Below, piece after piece: positions 1-11,527 of a stretch of 64,000 nucleotides of DNA. This DNA is from Chloroflexota bacterium (lineage in GTDB: Bacteria > Chloroflexota > Dehalococcoidia > UBA2979). The position numbers and the translations under genes are program-made. Under the pieces are notes generated by a model. It ran no database searches. It was given only the letters and a program-made list of their open reading frames with translations, and was not told where the DNA came from. The stretch spans positions 19,893 through 83,892 of the forward strand of contig JAQCIU010000012.1 of assembly GCA_027593235.1 (NCBI GenBank), in the 5' to 3' direction. Positions within the stretch are counted from its first letter, which is position 1; every line of letters starts with the position of its first letter.

Positions 1-2
1 TC

Positions 3-764
3 ACCATTCACGAGGTGAAGCAGGAGATCCTGCCGGACGCCGACGATGCGTTCGCCGTCTCGCTGGACGACGGGTTCGAGACGCTGGCGGCGCTGAAGGA
101 GCGGATCGATACCGATCTGACCGCTCACAAGGAGCAGTCGGTACGCAACGAGTACCACAACGAAATCGTCGACCTGCTGGTCGCCGGTGCGACGGTCGAT
201 TTCCCCGAAGTGCTGATCGACCGCGACATCGAGCGGCTGATCGACATCGAGTCCAACCACGCCTCGCACACCGCCGAGGGCCTGCAGCAATGGCTGGATG
301 CCACCGGGCAGACGGTCGAGGGCCTGCGCGAGCGCTTGCGCGGTGCCGCTGAGAGCAACGTGCGACGCGCACTGGTGCTCGGTGAGCTGGCGTCGGTCGC
401 CGAGATCGACGTGGACGATGACGCAGTGTCTGAGGAACTCGACACGCTGGTGCGCGGGATGTCCGGTGGCGAGGCCGCTGAGATGGAGCAGCTCGCACGG
501 GTTCGCGCGCTGGTGGACACCCCGGAAGGCCGGTCCTCGATTTCCAACCGGCTGCTGACGCAGCGCACGCTGGACCGCCTGGAAGAGATTGCCTCGCAGG
601 CGGAGGACGGGGACGGCGAAGCCGCCACCACCGCCCCCCGCCGCAGTCGCCGCCGCCGTAGTGGGGGCGACGCCGAGGCGAGCACGGAAGATCCCGAAGC
701 ATCTGCTGACGATTCTGTCAGCGAGACCGGAACCGCTGACGCGGAACCGGGCAACGACCCCTAG
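3..764 (+). CDS. tig: Trigger factor, C-terminal part (5' truncated by window edge)
   Basis: Open frame from the window edge. EVKQEILPDADDAFA...FETLAALKERI, VDFPEVLIDRDIERL and VRRALVLGELA match the trigger factor C-domain. Directly upstream of clpP-clpX (canonical order). Confidence 0.9.
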   Translation, partial: TIHEVKQEILPDADDAFAVSLDDGFETLAALKERIDTDLTAHKEQSVRNEYHNEIVDLLVAGATVDFPEVLIDRDIERLIDIESNHASHTAEGLQQWLDATGQTVEGLRERLRGAAESNVRRALVLGELASVAEIDVDDDAVSEELDTLVRGMSGGEAAEMEQLARVRALVDTPEGRSSISNRLLTQRTLDRLEEIASQAEDGDGEAATTAPRRSRRRRSGGDAEASTEDPEASADDSVSETGTADAEPGNDP

Positions 765-818
765 CGATTTCAGAGCCGATCGACCGACGATCAGCGCAAT
801 GGGAAGGCCTGAATCGAC

Positions 819-1457
819 ATGACCTACCGAGCACCCCGCCTGGAGGACTTCTCTCCGGGATTCCTCAAGCCCGAGAACATCGTGCCGATGGTGGTAGAGA
901 CGAGCGCACGCGGTGAGCGGGCCTACGACATCTATTCGCTGCTCCTCAAGGAGCGGATCGTCTTCCTCGGAACGGGGATCGACGATCAGGTAGCGAACAG
1001 CATCGTGGCACAGCTGCTGTACCTGGATCGGGAGGACCCGGACCGCGACATTTCGATGTACATCCACTCGCCGGGCGGGATGGTGTACGCGGGCCTCGCA
1101 ATGTTCGACACCATGAACCTGATCCGCTCCGATGTCTCAACGATTGCAGTGGGCGTCACCGCTTCCATGGGGACGGTCTTGCTGTCGGCTGGGAAGAAGG
1201 GCAAGCGGTTCGCACTGCCGAACGCCACGGTGCACATGCACCAGGCGCTGGGCGGCGGATCCGGTCAGGCCTCGGACGTCCAGATTCAGGCGCAGGAACT
1301 GATGCGCAACAACCAGAAGATTCGCCAGATCCTCGCCGACGCGACGGACCAGCCGATGGAGCGCATTGAGCGCGACACCGACCGGGACTTTTATATGTCG
1401 GCGCAAGAGGCCCAGGCGTACGGTTTGATCGACGAGGTGTTGGCCAAGCCCGAGTAG
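819..1457 (+). CDS. clpP: ATP-dependent Clp protease proteolytic subunit
   Basis: [30 protein letters not shown]; triad motifs TASMG (Ser), HMHQ (His), DRDFYM (Asp). Confidence 0.97.
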   Translation: MTYRAPRLEDFSPGFLKPENIVPMVVETSARGERAYDIYSLLLKERIVFLGTGIDDQVANSIVAQLLYLDREDPDRDISMYIHSPGGMVYAGLAMFDTMNLIRSDVSTIAVGVTASMGTVLLSAGKKGKRFALPNATVHMHQALGGGSGQASDVQIQAQELMRNNQKIRQILADATDQPMERIERDTDRDFYMSAQEAQAYGLIDEVLAKPE

Positions 1458-1495
1458 ATAGCTCGGGATTGACCAACGAACGGACCGGGGGACCG

Positions 1496-2803
<1,308 letters not shown>

Positions 2804-2948
2804 CGACCGCCGGGTTCTACCGCCGCGCGCACAGCCGCCGGGTGCACACCCAGCGGTTCGTGGTGCTCGGCAGGCACGTACCCGGTGATATCCTCCGCCC
2901 TGACTCGCGCGCCTTCGATTCCGCGCGTTTGATCGCGGGGGCCCACCC

Positions 2949-3728
2949 ATGACCGCGCCACCCAATGCCCGCCCCGCGGCCAAGCGCCGCGTCGCCAAAC
3001 AACGTCTCGATGACTTGCTGGTCGATCGCGGGCTGGCGACGGACCGCGCGCACGCCCGCGCCCTGGTGCTCGCGCGACAGGTGCTGGTGAGCGGCCAGGT
3101 GGCGCTGCGCGCCGCCGCGCCGCTCCCGACCGACGTGCCGCTCGAGCTGAAGACCGGCGCCCGCTACGCCAGCCGCGGCGGCGACAAGCTGGCGCACGCC
3201 CTCGCGCGGACCGGCGTCACGGTCGAGGGCCGGCGCTGCCTCGATATGGGCGCGTCCACGGGCGGGTTCACCGACTGCCTGCTCCAACACGGCGCGGCCG
3301 CCGTGGTCGCCGTCGACGTCGCTTATGGCGAGCTGTTGCCGAAGCTGCGCGACGATCCGCGGGTGACGGTGATCGAGCGAACGAACGCGCGCGATCTGGC
3401 GCCGCTGATTCCGCCCGCGGATCTCGCGGTGATCGACGTCTCGTTCATCTCCGTGACCGCGGTCTTGTCCGCGACGGTGCGATCGCTCAGGCCGGGCGCG
3501 GACGTGATCGCCCTCGTCAAGCCACAGTTCGAAGCGGAGCGTGGCGCGTTGGAGAGTGGCGGCGTGGTCTACGACCCGCTGGAACACGCGCGCGTGGTTG
3601 CGCGCGTGGCGGCCTGGGCGCTGGACAGCGGCCTGCGCGTGCGTGGCGTCGTGCGATCGCCCCTGCTCGGCCCCGCGGGCAATCGCGAGTTCTTCCTCTG
3701 GCTGCGCGTGGACGGAGCGGCCTCGTGA
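2949..3728 (+). CDS. tlyA: TlyA family rRNA 2'-O-methyltransferase (S4 + FtsJ-like)
   Basis: KQRLDDLLVDRGL, YASRGGDKL, LDMGASTGGFTDCLLQHGA, DVSFIS, LVKPQFE, GNREF; adjacent to NAD kinase. Confidence 0.93.
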   Translation: MTAPPNARPAAKRRVAKQRLDDLLVDRGLATDRAHARALVLARQVLVSGQVALRAAAPLPTDVPLELKTGARYASRGGDKLAHALARTGVTVEGRRCLDMGASTGGFTDCLLQHGAAAVVAVDVAYGELLPKLRDDPRVTVIERTNARDLAPLIPPADLAVIDVSFISVTAVLSATVRSLRPGADVIALVKPQFEAERGALESGGVVYDPLEHARVVARVAAWALDSGLRVRGVVRSPLLGPAGNREFFLWLRVDGAAS

Positions 3729-4606
3729 GCGACGTGTTGCCGCCGCAGCGGGTGGTCGTCTGCTTCAACCCGGCGGTGAACGGTGCCGGCGAGCTGGCGC
3801 GTGCCCTGGCGACCCAGACCGAGGCGGCAGGGCGCGCCGTATGGCTCGGCGCGCTCCCCGATCCGCATGAAGGGGATCCCGCCGAGTTTCGCGGGCACCT
3901 GTCCGACGCCGATCTGCTGGTCTGCGTCGGCGGCGATGGAACCGTACTCCACGCCTCGGAACATGCGGCGGCCACGGGGACACCGGTCTTCGGTGTGCGG
4001 ATGGGCCGGCTGGGCTTCCTCAGCGAGGTCACCGGCGGGGAGGCATCGCTCGCCCTCGATCGGGTACTCGCGGGCGCCGGGCGCTTCGAGCGGCGGTCCA
4101 CGGTGCGCGCGCAGGTGAACGGCGAAGCGCCGAGCTTCGCGCTGAACGACATCGTGATCGGGCGGGCGAGCCTCGGACGGACGATCTCCGTCGGCGCGCG
4201 CGTCGATGGCGTGCTGCTGGCGGAATACCGCGCCGACGCCGTGATCGTCGCGACGGCCACCGGGTCGACGGGCTACGCGCTGTCCGTCAGCGGTCCGATC
4301 CTGCCCCCGGAATCGCTCGAGATGATCCTGGTTCCGGTCGCCCCGCACCTGACGCGTTCGAACGCCCTCGTGCTGCCGCCGTCGAGCGAGATCAGCCTCT
4401 ACGTGGAGCGCGGCTACGAGGCGGTGTTCACCGTCGACGGGCTGCGCGAACGGCCGCTGGACTCCGGAACCACGGTGGTGATCGGCCACGGCGAACGCCA
4501 CGTCGACTTCGTGCGATTGGGCGAGCCGGCGCAGTTCTACGCGAACATCGCCGAACGCCTCGGATGGCTGCGCTCCGACCACGTGCTCGACGCCCCGGAC
4601 GCCTGA
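3725..4606 (+). CDS. nadK: NAD(+) kinase
   Basis: GGDGT motif, GRLGFL, ALND, ATATGSTGYALSVSGP; 4-nt overlap with tlyA. Confidence 0.93.
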   Translation: MSDVLPPQRVVVCFNPAVNGAGELARALATQTEAAGRAVWLGALPDPHEGDPAEFRGHLSDADLLVCVGGDGTVLHASEHAAATGTPVFGVRMGRLGFLSEVTGGEASLALDRVLAGAGRFERRSTVRAQVNGEAPSFALNDIVIGRASLGRTISVGARVDGVLLAEYRADAVIVATATGSTGYALSVSGPILPPESLEMILVPVAPHLTRSNALVLPPSSEISLYVERGYEAVFTVDGLRERPLDSGTTVVIGHGERHVDFVRLGEPAQFYANIAERLGWLRSDHVLDAPDA

Positions 4607-4730
4607 GCGCCGGCCGCCGGCGGCCCGACACATCGCCGTCGGTCACGGCTGCACTGATCCTCGCTAGACTCACTGCTCATCAATCATCGCGCCGCCGCGA
4701 TCCGGCGCGCGCGACACCCGGAGGGCGACC

Positions 4731-5177
4731 ATGTCGATCGACGCACGGCTGCAGGAGCTGGGAATCACGCTGCCCGAGGTGGGCGCGCCGATGGGGAGCT
4801 ACGTGCACGCCGTCCAGACCGGGAATCTGCTGTTTCTGGCGGGCAAAGGGCCACGCAACTCGACCGGCAAGGTCGGTGCAGGCGTGTCCGTCGAGGACGC
4901 GTACCAGGCCGCGCGCGACACGGGGCTGACGCTGATCGCCGTGATGAAGCAGGAACTCGGGTCGCTGGATCGCGTGACCCGCATCGTCAAGGTGCTGGGG
5001 ATGGTCAACGCCGCGCCTGACTTCGGCGATCAGCCGAAGGTGATCAACGGCTGCTCCGATCTGTTCATCGAGGTGTTTGGCGACAAGGGCCGCCACGCGC
5101 GTTCCGCCGTCGGCATGGGCTCGTTGCCAAACCAGATCTCCGTCGAGATCGAGTGCATCGTCGAGGTGAGCGACTAA
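4731..5177 (+). CDS. RidA/YjgF family protein
   Basis: YVHAVQTGNLLFLAG, KVINGCSDLFIEVFGDKGRHARSAVG, VEIE; GGAGGG RBS. Confidence 0.9.
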   Translation: MSIDARLQELGITLPEVGAPMGSYVHAVQTGNLLFLAGKGPRNSTGKVGAGVSVEDAYQAARDTGLTLIAVMKQELGSLDRVTRIVKVLGMVNAAPDFGDQPKVINGCSDLFIEVFGDKGRHARSAVGMGSLPNQISVEIECIVEVSD

Positions 5178-5244
5178 CCCCGCCGCCGGCGGATTCGGTC
5201 GAACCCCACCTGATTGCGGGGCCCGGAAGGACTATCCTTTCTTC

Positions 5245-5736
5245 ATGACGAGTGAAGTCGACACGGTGAAGCAGGCCCCGCCGACGGTCTATCCGGCGAC
5301 GGTGCACGACGCCCCCGGCATTCACCGGCTGGTGAACCACTGGGCCGCTCAGGGCCAGATGCTGCCGCGCACGCTGGCCGAGACGTACGAGAATCTGCGC
5401 GACTTCTTCGTGATCCGCGACGGTGACGAGGTGATCGCCTGCGGCGCGCTGCACATCATGTGGAACGACATGGCGGAGCTGAAATCGCTCGCCGTCGATC
5501 CAGACCGGCAGTCCGGCGGGTACGGCAGCGCGATCGTCGCCGCCTGTGTCATCGAGGGCCGCCGGCTCGGGATGCAGCGGCTGTTCGCGCTGAGCTACCG
5601 GCCCGGCTTCTTCGAACGCCTTGGCTGGCAGCAGGCGGACGTGATGAACCTGCCACGCAAGGTCTGGAACGAGTGCTACCGCTGCCCGAAGTTCCCGGGC
5701 TGCGACGAGATCGCGCTGATCTTTGACCTCGACTGA
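5245..5736 (+). CDS. GNAT N-acetyltransferase, short ArgA-like (N-acetylglutamate synthase)
   Basis: MLPRTLAETYENLRDF, LHIMWNDMAELKSLAV, LPRKVWNECYRCPKFPGCDEIA are typical of stand-alone short ArgA proteins. Confidence 0.8.
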   Translation: MTSEVDTVKQAPPTVYPATVHDAPGIHRLVNHWAAQGQMLPRTLAETYENLRDFFVIRDGDEVIACGALHIMWNDMAELKSLAVDPDRQSGGYGSAIVAACVIEGRRLGMQRLFALSYRPGFFERLGWQQADVMNLPRKVWNECYRCPKFPGCDEIALIFDLD

Positions 5737-6283
5737 TTCGACGCCGTCCGACCTGCCCGCGCTGGTCTCCTCCGAGGTCCTCGTCGAGGGCCACATCATC
5801 AACGTCGAACGCGACATCATCCGCTTCCACGACGGTCACGAGGCCGAACGGATGGTCGTGCGGCACCCCGGCGCGATTGCGCTGGTGGTCGTCGATGACA
5901 AGGATCGCTGGCTGCTCGTGCGCCAGTACCGGCACCCGGCGGGCGACATGCTGCTGGAGATCCCCGCGGGCACGCGCGAGCCGGGGGAACCGCCGGCGGA
6001 CACCGCCGCTCGCGAGGTGCGCGAGGAGACCGGCTACGCGGCCGCGTCGCTGATCCACCTCGGTGGGACCTGGATGGCGCCCGGATTCTGCAGCGAATAC
6101 ATCGACTTTTACCTCGCGAGCGACCTGTCGGAAGCGCCGCTGTTACAGGACGACGACGAGTACATCGGCGCGCCGGTGCGGATGACCGAGGCGCAAGTGG
6201 AAGCGGCGATTGGCGCGGGCGAGATCCGCGACGCGAAGACGCTGGTTGCCCTCACGCTCGTCCGATTGCGACGCGGAAGTTGA
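5723..6283 (+). CDS. NUDIX hydrolase, ADP-ribose pyrophosphatase-like
   Basis: HPGAIA, LVRQYRHP, Nudix box PAGTREPGEPPADTAAREVREETG, APGF, IRDAKT. Confidence 0.9.
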   Translation: MTSTDSTPSDLPALVSSEVLVEGHIINVERDIIRFHDGHEAERMVVRHPGAIALVVVDDKDRWLLVRQYRHPAGDMLLEIPAGTREPGEPPADTAAREVREETGYAAASLIHLGGTWMAPGFCSEYIDFYLASDLSEAPLLQDDDEYIGAPVRMTEAQVEAAIGAGEIRDAKTLVALTLVRLRRGS

Positions 6284-6384
6284 CCGATCATCACGTTCAC
6301 TTGACCGTGCAGGATGTGCGGCCAATAGTCTTGTAGGACCTCGATGAGATCGGGGCGAGCAGTGCAGGATGGCAGGCGAGGCTC

Positions 6385-7176
6385 ATGGCACAGGCGACAG
6401 CGCAACCACCTGAATCGCTGGAACGCCGCTACGGACTGACTCAGCGTCGCGATCGCTGGTGGGTTGAGCCGGCGCTTGTGGGCAGCGGGCTGCTCCTCTA
6501 CATCGTGTACTCAGGCATCTCCGCGATGCTCGGGGACCGCTGGGCCTTCGAGACCGATCACCACCTTTACCTCTCGCCGTTCTTTGAGCCGCTGATCACG
6601 CCGGGCTGGCTGCCGGAGTTCATCTCACCGGCGCTCTTGATTCTCTGGGCGCCCCTGGGGTTCCGCACAACCTGCTACTACTACCGGCGGGCGTACTACC
6701 GGTCCTACTTCTTGAGCCCGCCGGCCTGCTCGGTCCGGGAACCGGCGGGGAGCTACAAGGGCGAGGGTGTCTTTCCGCTCATCCTCCAGAACGTCCACCG
6801 CTACTTCATGTATGCGGCCGTCATCTTCCTCCCGATCCTCTGGATCGGTGCAGTCAAATCGTTCCATCTGCCCGGCGAGGGCGTCGGTGTCGGTGTCGGT
6901 TCGCTCGTGCTGGTGCTGAACGCGTATCTGTTGACGATGTTCACGATCGGCTGCCATGCCTTGCGGCATTTTGTCGCTGGCGGACTCAACCAGTTCTCGA
7001 AATCGACGCCGACCCGGGTGCGACGCCAACTCTGGGGCGTGGTGACGGTGGCGAACGAACGTCACCGTTTCTGGGCGTGGACGAGCCTGATCTTCGTGGG
7101 TGTGACCGACCTCTACATCCACCTGGTGGCGAGCGGCGTCGTCACTGACCTGAATACGTGGTCCAACCCGATCTAA
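6385..7176 (+). CDS. Succinate dehydrogenase membrane anchor (actinobacterial Sdh1/Rv0249c type)
   Basis: About five hydrophobic segments; YLSPF, FRTTCYYYRRAYYRSYFLSPPACSV, QNVHRYF, GCHALRH; first gene of the sdh operon. Confidence 0.85.
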   Translation: MAQATAQPPESLERRYGLTQRRDRWWVEPALVGSGLLLYIVYSGISAMLGDRWAFETDHHLYLSPFFEPLITPGWLPEFISPALLILWAPLGFRTTCYYYRRAYYRSYFLSPPACSVREPAGSYKGEGVFPLILQNVHRYFMYAAVIFLPILWIGAVKSFHLPGEGVGVGVGSLVLVLNAYLLTMFTIGCHALRHFVAGGLNQFSKSTPTRVRRQLWGVVTVANERHRFWAWTSLIFVGVTDLYIHLVASGVVTDLNTWSNPI

Positions 7177-7220
7177 GCCCGAGCGACATCGACGATCGCA
7201 CAGCTCCGAGGACGTGACTG

Positions 7221-9011
7221 ATGGCCGACTACGAGACGCATGAGTACGACGTACTCGTGATCGGGGCGGGCGGCGCCGGATTGCGCGCCGCCGTCGAGGC
7301 CTCCGCGCTGGGCGCGAAGACCGGTCTGGTCTGCAAGTCTCTCCTCGGCAAGGCGCACACCGTCATGGCCGAGGGCGGGATGGCCGCCGCGATGGGCAAT
7401 GTCTGGCCCGAGGACAACTGGCAGGTCCATTTCCGCGACACGATGCGCGGCGGCAAGATGCTGAACAACTGGCGCATGGCGCAGATTCACGCGCAGGAGT
7501 CCCCTGACCGCGTCGCGGAACTCGAGGAGTGGGGCGCACTCTTCGACCGCACGGCGGACGGCCGCATCTCGCAGCGCGACTTCGGTGGTCACCGCTACGC
7601 GCGGCTCGCTCACATCGGCGACCGCACCGGCCTCGAGATGATTCGCACGCTCCAGCAGCACGCGGTGCACCGTGGCATCGAGGTGCACCAGGAGTGCACT
7701 GTGAACCGGCTGGTGAAGGACGGCGACCGCATCGCGGGCGCCGTTGCCTACTGGCGCGAGAGCGGGCGTCCCGTCCTCTTCCGCGCGAAGGCGGTCATCC
7801 TCGCCACCGGCGGGCTCGGCAAGATCTGGTCGATCACCTCGAATTCGTGGGAAGGCACCGGCGACGGTCACGCGCTGGCGCTCTACGCCGGCGCGGAAAT
7901 GATCGACATGGAGTGCGTGCAGTTCCACCCGACCGGGATGGTCTGGCCACCCTCCGTGCGCGGGATCCTCGTCACCGAGGGTGTGCGCGGCGACGGTGGC
8001 ACGCTGCGCAACTCGACCGGCAAGCGCTTCATGTTCGACTACATTCCGAAGATGTTCGCCGCCGAGACGGCCGACACCGAAGCCGAAGCCGACAAGTGGT
8101 ACGACGACAAGACCGTCCGCCGGACCCCGGATCTGCTGCCCCGTGACGAGGTGGCACGCGCGATCAACTCCGAGGTGAAGGCGGGCCGCGGTAGCCCTCA
8201 CGGCGGCGTCTTCCTGGACATCGCGACGCGCCGCGACACGGACTACATCAAGCGCCGACTGCCCTCGATGTACCACCAGTTCATGCAGCTCGCCGGTGTT
8301 GACATCACCTCCGAATCGATGGAGGTGGGACCGACCGCGCACTACGCGATGGGCGGGGTGCGGGTGGAGCCGGAGACCGCGGCATCATCGGTCACCGGCC
8401 TGTTCGCCGCCGGAGAGGTCGCTGGCGGCATGCACGGTTCCAACCGCCTCGGCGGTAACTCGCTCTCGGACCTCGTGGTCTTCGGTCGCCGCGCCGGGAT
8501 TGGCGCCGCTGAGTACGCGGCGGGCCTCGCGGAGTTGCCCGCCGTCGACGGTGGCGACGTGGACGTGGCGCTGGCGCGGATCCGCGCGCCGTTCGAGGGC
8601 AGTGGCAAGGAAAACCCCTACACGCTGCACAAGGAACTCCAGGACGGGATGCAGGATAACGTCGGCATCATCCGCACCGAGTCGGAGATGCTCCAGGCGC
8701 TCGCCGACATCGCCACGCTGAAGGAGCGCGCCTCGAACGTCACCGTCGAGGGCAACGTTCAGTACAACCCGGGCTGGCACCTCGCGCTCGATCTGGAGCA
8801 CCTGCTGGTCGTCGCCGAGGCGATCACAAAGGGCGCGCTGGAGCGCAAGGAGAGCCGCGGTGGTCACACCCGCGAGGACTTCCCCGGACCGTCCGCCGAA
8901 TTTGGCAAGGTCAACGTGGTCGGCACCCTGACCGAAGACGGCGTCCAGGTACGGCAAGAGCCGCTGCCGGTGATGCCCGCAGAGCTGCAGCGCCTCTTCG
9001 AGGAGGACTAG
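7221..9011 (+). CDS. sdhA: Succinate dehydrogenase/fumarate reductase flavoprotein subunit
   Basis: GAGGAG FAD motif, AHTVMAEGG covalent-FAD His, QFHPTG, HYAMGG, HGSNRLGGNSL, RKESRGGHTR. Confidence 0.95.
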   Translation: MADYETHEYDVLVIGAGGAGLRAAVEASALGAKTGLVCKSLLGKAHTVMAEGGMAAAMGNVWPEDNWQVHFRDTMRGGKMLNNWRMAQIHAQESPDRVAELEEWGALFDRTADGRISQRDFGGHRYARLAHIGDRTGLEMIRTLQQHAVHRGIEVHQECTVNRLVKDGDRIAGAVAYWRESGRPVLFRAKAVILATGGLGKIWSITSNSWEGTGDGHALALYAGAEMIDMECVQFHPTGMVWPPSVRGILVTEGVRGDGGTLRNSTGKRFMFDYIPKMFAAETADTEAEADKWYDDKTVRRTPDLLPRDEVARAINSEVKAGRGSPHGGVFLDIATRRDTDYIKRRLPSMYHQFMQLAGVDITSESMEVGPTAHYAMGGVRVEPETAASSVTGLFAAGEVAGGMHGSNRLGGNSLSDLVVFGRRAGIGAAEYAAGLAELPAVDGGDVDVALARIRAPFEGSGKENPYTLHKELQDGMQDNVGIIRTESEMLQALADIATLKERASNVTVEGNVQYNPGWHLALDLEHLLVVAEAITKGALERKESRGGHTREDFPGPSAEFGKVNVVGTLTEDGVQVRQEPLPVMPAELQRLFEED

Positions 9012-9013
9012 TT

Positions 9014-9757
9014 ATGCCCAACGCACACCTCCGCGTCTGGCGCGGCGATCAAGACGGCGACTACGCCGAATACGATGTCGAGTACGAGCACGGGATGGTC
9101 GTCCTCGATGTCGTGCACCGGCTTCAGGCGACGCAGGCGCCGGATCTGGCGGTGCGCTGGAACTGCAAGGCCGGCAAATGCGGCTCATGCAGCGCCGAGG
9201 TGAACGGCACCCCGAAGCTGCAATGCATGCAGCGGATGGAGCTGTACCCGGAGGGCGAGACGATCTCGATCGCCCCGCTGAAGACCTTCCCGCTGATCCG
9301 CGACCTCGTCACCGACGTGAGCTGGAACTACGAGGTCGCGAAGACGATCCCAGAGATCAAGCTCAAGGCGCGCGAAGCCGACGGTACGCACCGGATGGCG
9401 CAGATCGACGTCGACCGCGGCCAGGAGTTCCGGAAGTGCATCGAGTGCTTCATGTGCCAGGACGTCTGTCACGTGATCCGCGACCACCCCGAGAACATGG
9501 ACAACTTCGCCGGGCCTCGGTTCTTCGTGCGGCTCGCCGAGGTGGCGATGCACCCGCTCGACACCAACACCAAGGAGTCGACGGTCCAGCACGGTTTCGG
9601 GCTGGAGTACTGCAACATCACCAAGTGCTGCACGGACGTCTGCCCCGAAGGCATCCACATCACGGACAACGCGATTATTCCGCTGAAGGAGCGACGCGTG
9701 GACGTGCACTACGACCCGCTGCGCGCCCTCGGGCGGAAGTTGTTCGGGAAGAACTAG
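9014..9757 (+). CDS. sdhB: Succinate dehydrogenase/fumarate reductase iron-sulfur subunit
   Basis: CKAGKCGSC...C [2Fe-2S], CIECFMCQDVC and CNITKCCTDVCP clusters. Confidence 0.95.
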   Translation: MPNAHLRVWRGDQDGDYAEYDVEYEHGMVVLDVVHRLQATQAPDLAVRWNCKAGKCGSCSAEVNGTPKLQCMQRMELYPEGETISIAPLKTFPLIRDLVTDVSWNYEVAKTIPEIKLKAREADGTHRMAQIDVDRGQEFRKCIECFMCQDVCHVIRDHPENMDNFAGPRFFVRLAEVAMHPLDTNTKESTVQHGFGLEYCNITKCCTDVCPEGIHITDNAIIPLKERRVDVHYDPLRALGRKLFGKN

Positions 9758-9785
9758 CTCGCGCAACCTTCGGAGCTGACGCCAG

Positions 9786-9811
9786 AACGGCGCCCGCGAG
9801 GGCGCCGTTTT
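9786..9811 (+). terminator. Intrinsic terminator of the sdh operon
   Basis: AACGGCGCCC-GCGA-GGGCGCCGTT perfect 10-bp stem running into a T-tract, about 30 nt after the sdhB stop. Confidence 0.85.
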
Positions 9812-10089
9812 CGTTGTGCGCTCGTTTGGTTCGAAGGGATGTGGGCATTGCCATCGGCAGTGTCTGCGGGAGTAGGTAGATCCTGTGCTCCCACCCGTGG
9901 GGGCTTGGCGCCCCACACCCGGCCTGTCCGGAGGCTTGGGCTTCGCCGCGCCGGACGGTTGCCCTCGGGACGGTCGGGTGCGGTGGCGGGGCCCCTCGGA
10001 ACGTGACGTGCGGCGGGGACGACCGGACGGGCGTGTTACCTCGGACGGCTCGGGAGCAGGCCCGAAGGGTCGTTGAGCGCCGAAGGCGC

Positions 10090-11484
10090 CTAGGGGCGGG
10101 TCATTTCCTCGGGCTTGATCCACTCGGCGAACTGGGCGTCGGACATCAGGCCGAGAGCGGCTCCGGCTTCGCGGAGGGTTGTGTTGTCCTCGTAGGCCTT
10201 CTTCGCGATCTTGGCGGCGTTGTCGTAGCCGATGTGCGGGTTGAGCGCGGTCACGAGCATCAGCGAGGACTCCATCAGCTCGCGGATGCGGGCCTCGTTG
10301 GCCTCGATGCCGACGACGCAGTGCTCCGTGAAGGAGCGCGAGGCGTCGGCCAGCAGGCGGATGCTCTGCAGGTTGTTGTAGGCGATCACGGGCTTGAAGA
10401 CGTTCAGCTCGAAGTGGCCGGTCGCGCCGCCGACGGCGACGGTCATGTCGTTGCCCATCACCTGCGCGCAGACCATCGTCATCGCCTCGGACTGGGTGGG
10501 GTTCACCTTGCCCGGCATGATCGAGGAGCCCGGCTCGTTCGCCGGCAAGATCAACTCGCCGATGCCGGCGCGCGGACCGGATCCGAGCATGCGGATGTCG
10601 TTGGCGATCTTCATCAGTGACACGGCGACGACCTTGAGCTGGCCGGACAGCTCGACCTGCGCATCGTGCGCAGCGAGTGATTCGAACTTGTTCGGCGCGG
10701 TGACGAATGGCAGGCCGGTGTAGCTCTCGATCGCCTTCGCGATGCGGACGGCGAACTCCGGGTGCGAGTTCAGCCCGGTGCCGACGGCGGTGCCTCCGAG
10801 GGCGAGTTCGTACAGACGAGGCAGCACGCCCTCGAGGCGAGCGATGCCGTTGGTGAGCTGCTGCACGTAGCCAGAGAACTCCTGGCCCAGCGTCAGCGGC
10901 ACCGCGTCCATCAAGTGAGTGCGGCCGATCTTGACGACGGCATCGAACTGCTGCGACTTCGCCTGCAACGCGTCCCGGAGCGTCGCCAGGGCGGGCAGCA
11001 ATGCGTGGACGACCTGTTCGGCCGTGGCCACGCTCATCGCGCCGGGGAACGTGTCGTTCGAGGACTGCGACATGTTCACGTGGTCGTTCGGGTGAACCGG
11101 CTGCTTCGAGCCGCGTTCGCCGCCGAGGATCTCGATCGCCCGGTTCGAGATCACCTCGTTGGCGTTCATGTTGGTCTGGGTGCCGGAGCCGGTCTGCCAG
11201 ATGACGAGCGGGAAATGGTCGTCGAGGTCGCCCGCGATCACCTGCTCGGCCGCCGCACGGATCGCGGTGCCGAGGTCGCCCTCGAGCTTGCCGAGATCCT
11301 CGTTCACCTGCGAGCTGGCGTGCTTGACGATGCCGAAGCCGCGGATCAGCGGGCGCGGCATCCGCTCGATACCGATCTTGAAGTTCTCGAGGGAGCGCTG
11401 GGTCTGCGCGCCCCAGTAGCGATCGGCGGGTACCTCGATGGTGCCCATGCTGTCGGATTCGATGCGCGTGCCAGCATCCGTCAT
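10090..11484 (-). CDS. fumC: Class II fumarate hydratase
   Basis: [31 protein letters not shown], signature [13 protein letters not shown]. Confidence 0.97.
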   Translation of the reverse strand: MTDAGTRIESDSMGTIEVPADRYWGAQTQRSLENFKIGIERMPRPLIRGFGIVKHASSQVNEDLGKLEGDLGTAIRAAAEQVIAGDLDDHFPLVIWQTGSGTQTNMNANEVISNRAIEILGGERGSKQPVHPNDHVNMSQSSNDTFPGAMSVATAEQVVHALLPALATLRDALQAKSQQFDAVVKIGRTHLMDAVPLTLGQEFSGYVQQLTNGIARLEGVLPRLYELALGGTAVGTGLNSHPEFAVRIAKAIESYTGLPFVTAPNKFESLAAHDAQVELSGQLKVVAVSLMKIANDIRMLGSGPRAGIGELILPANEPGSSIMPGKVNPTQSEAMTMVCAQVMGNDMTVAVGGATGHFELNVFKPVIAYNNLQSIRLLADASRSFTEHCVVGIEANEARIRELMESSLMLVTALNPHIGYDNAAKIAKKAYEDNTTLREAGAALGLMSDAQFAEWIKPEEMTRP

Positions 11485-11527
11485 CGGGGTACCTCCATCG
11501 CCGCTGTGTCTCGAGTATGCGGCGCGA

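Noticed and set aside
773-780. GAGCCGAT shared upstream of both clpP genes (773 and 26929)
   Set aside because: An 8-mer in GC-rich DNA, not palindromic and not matching CIRCE, HAIR or CtsR consensus; insufficient evidence.
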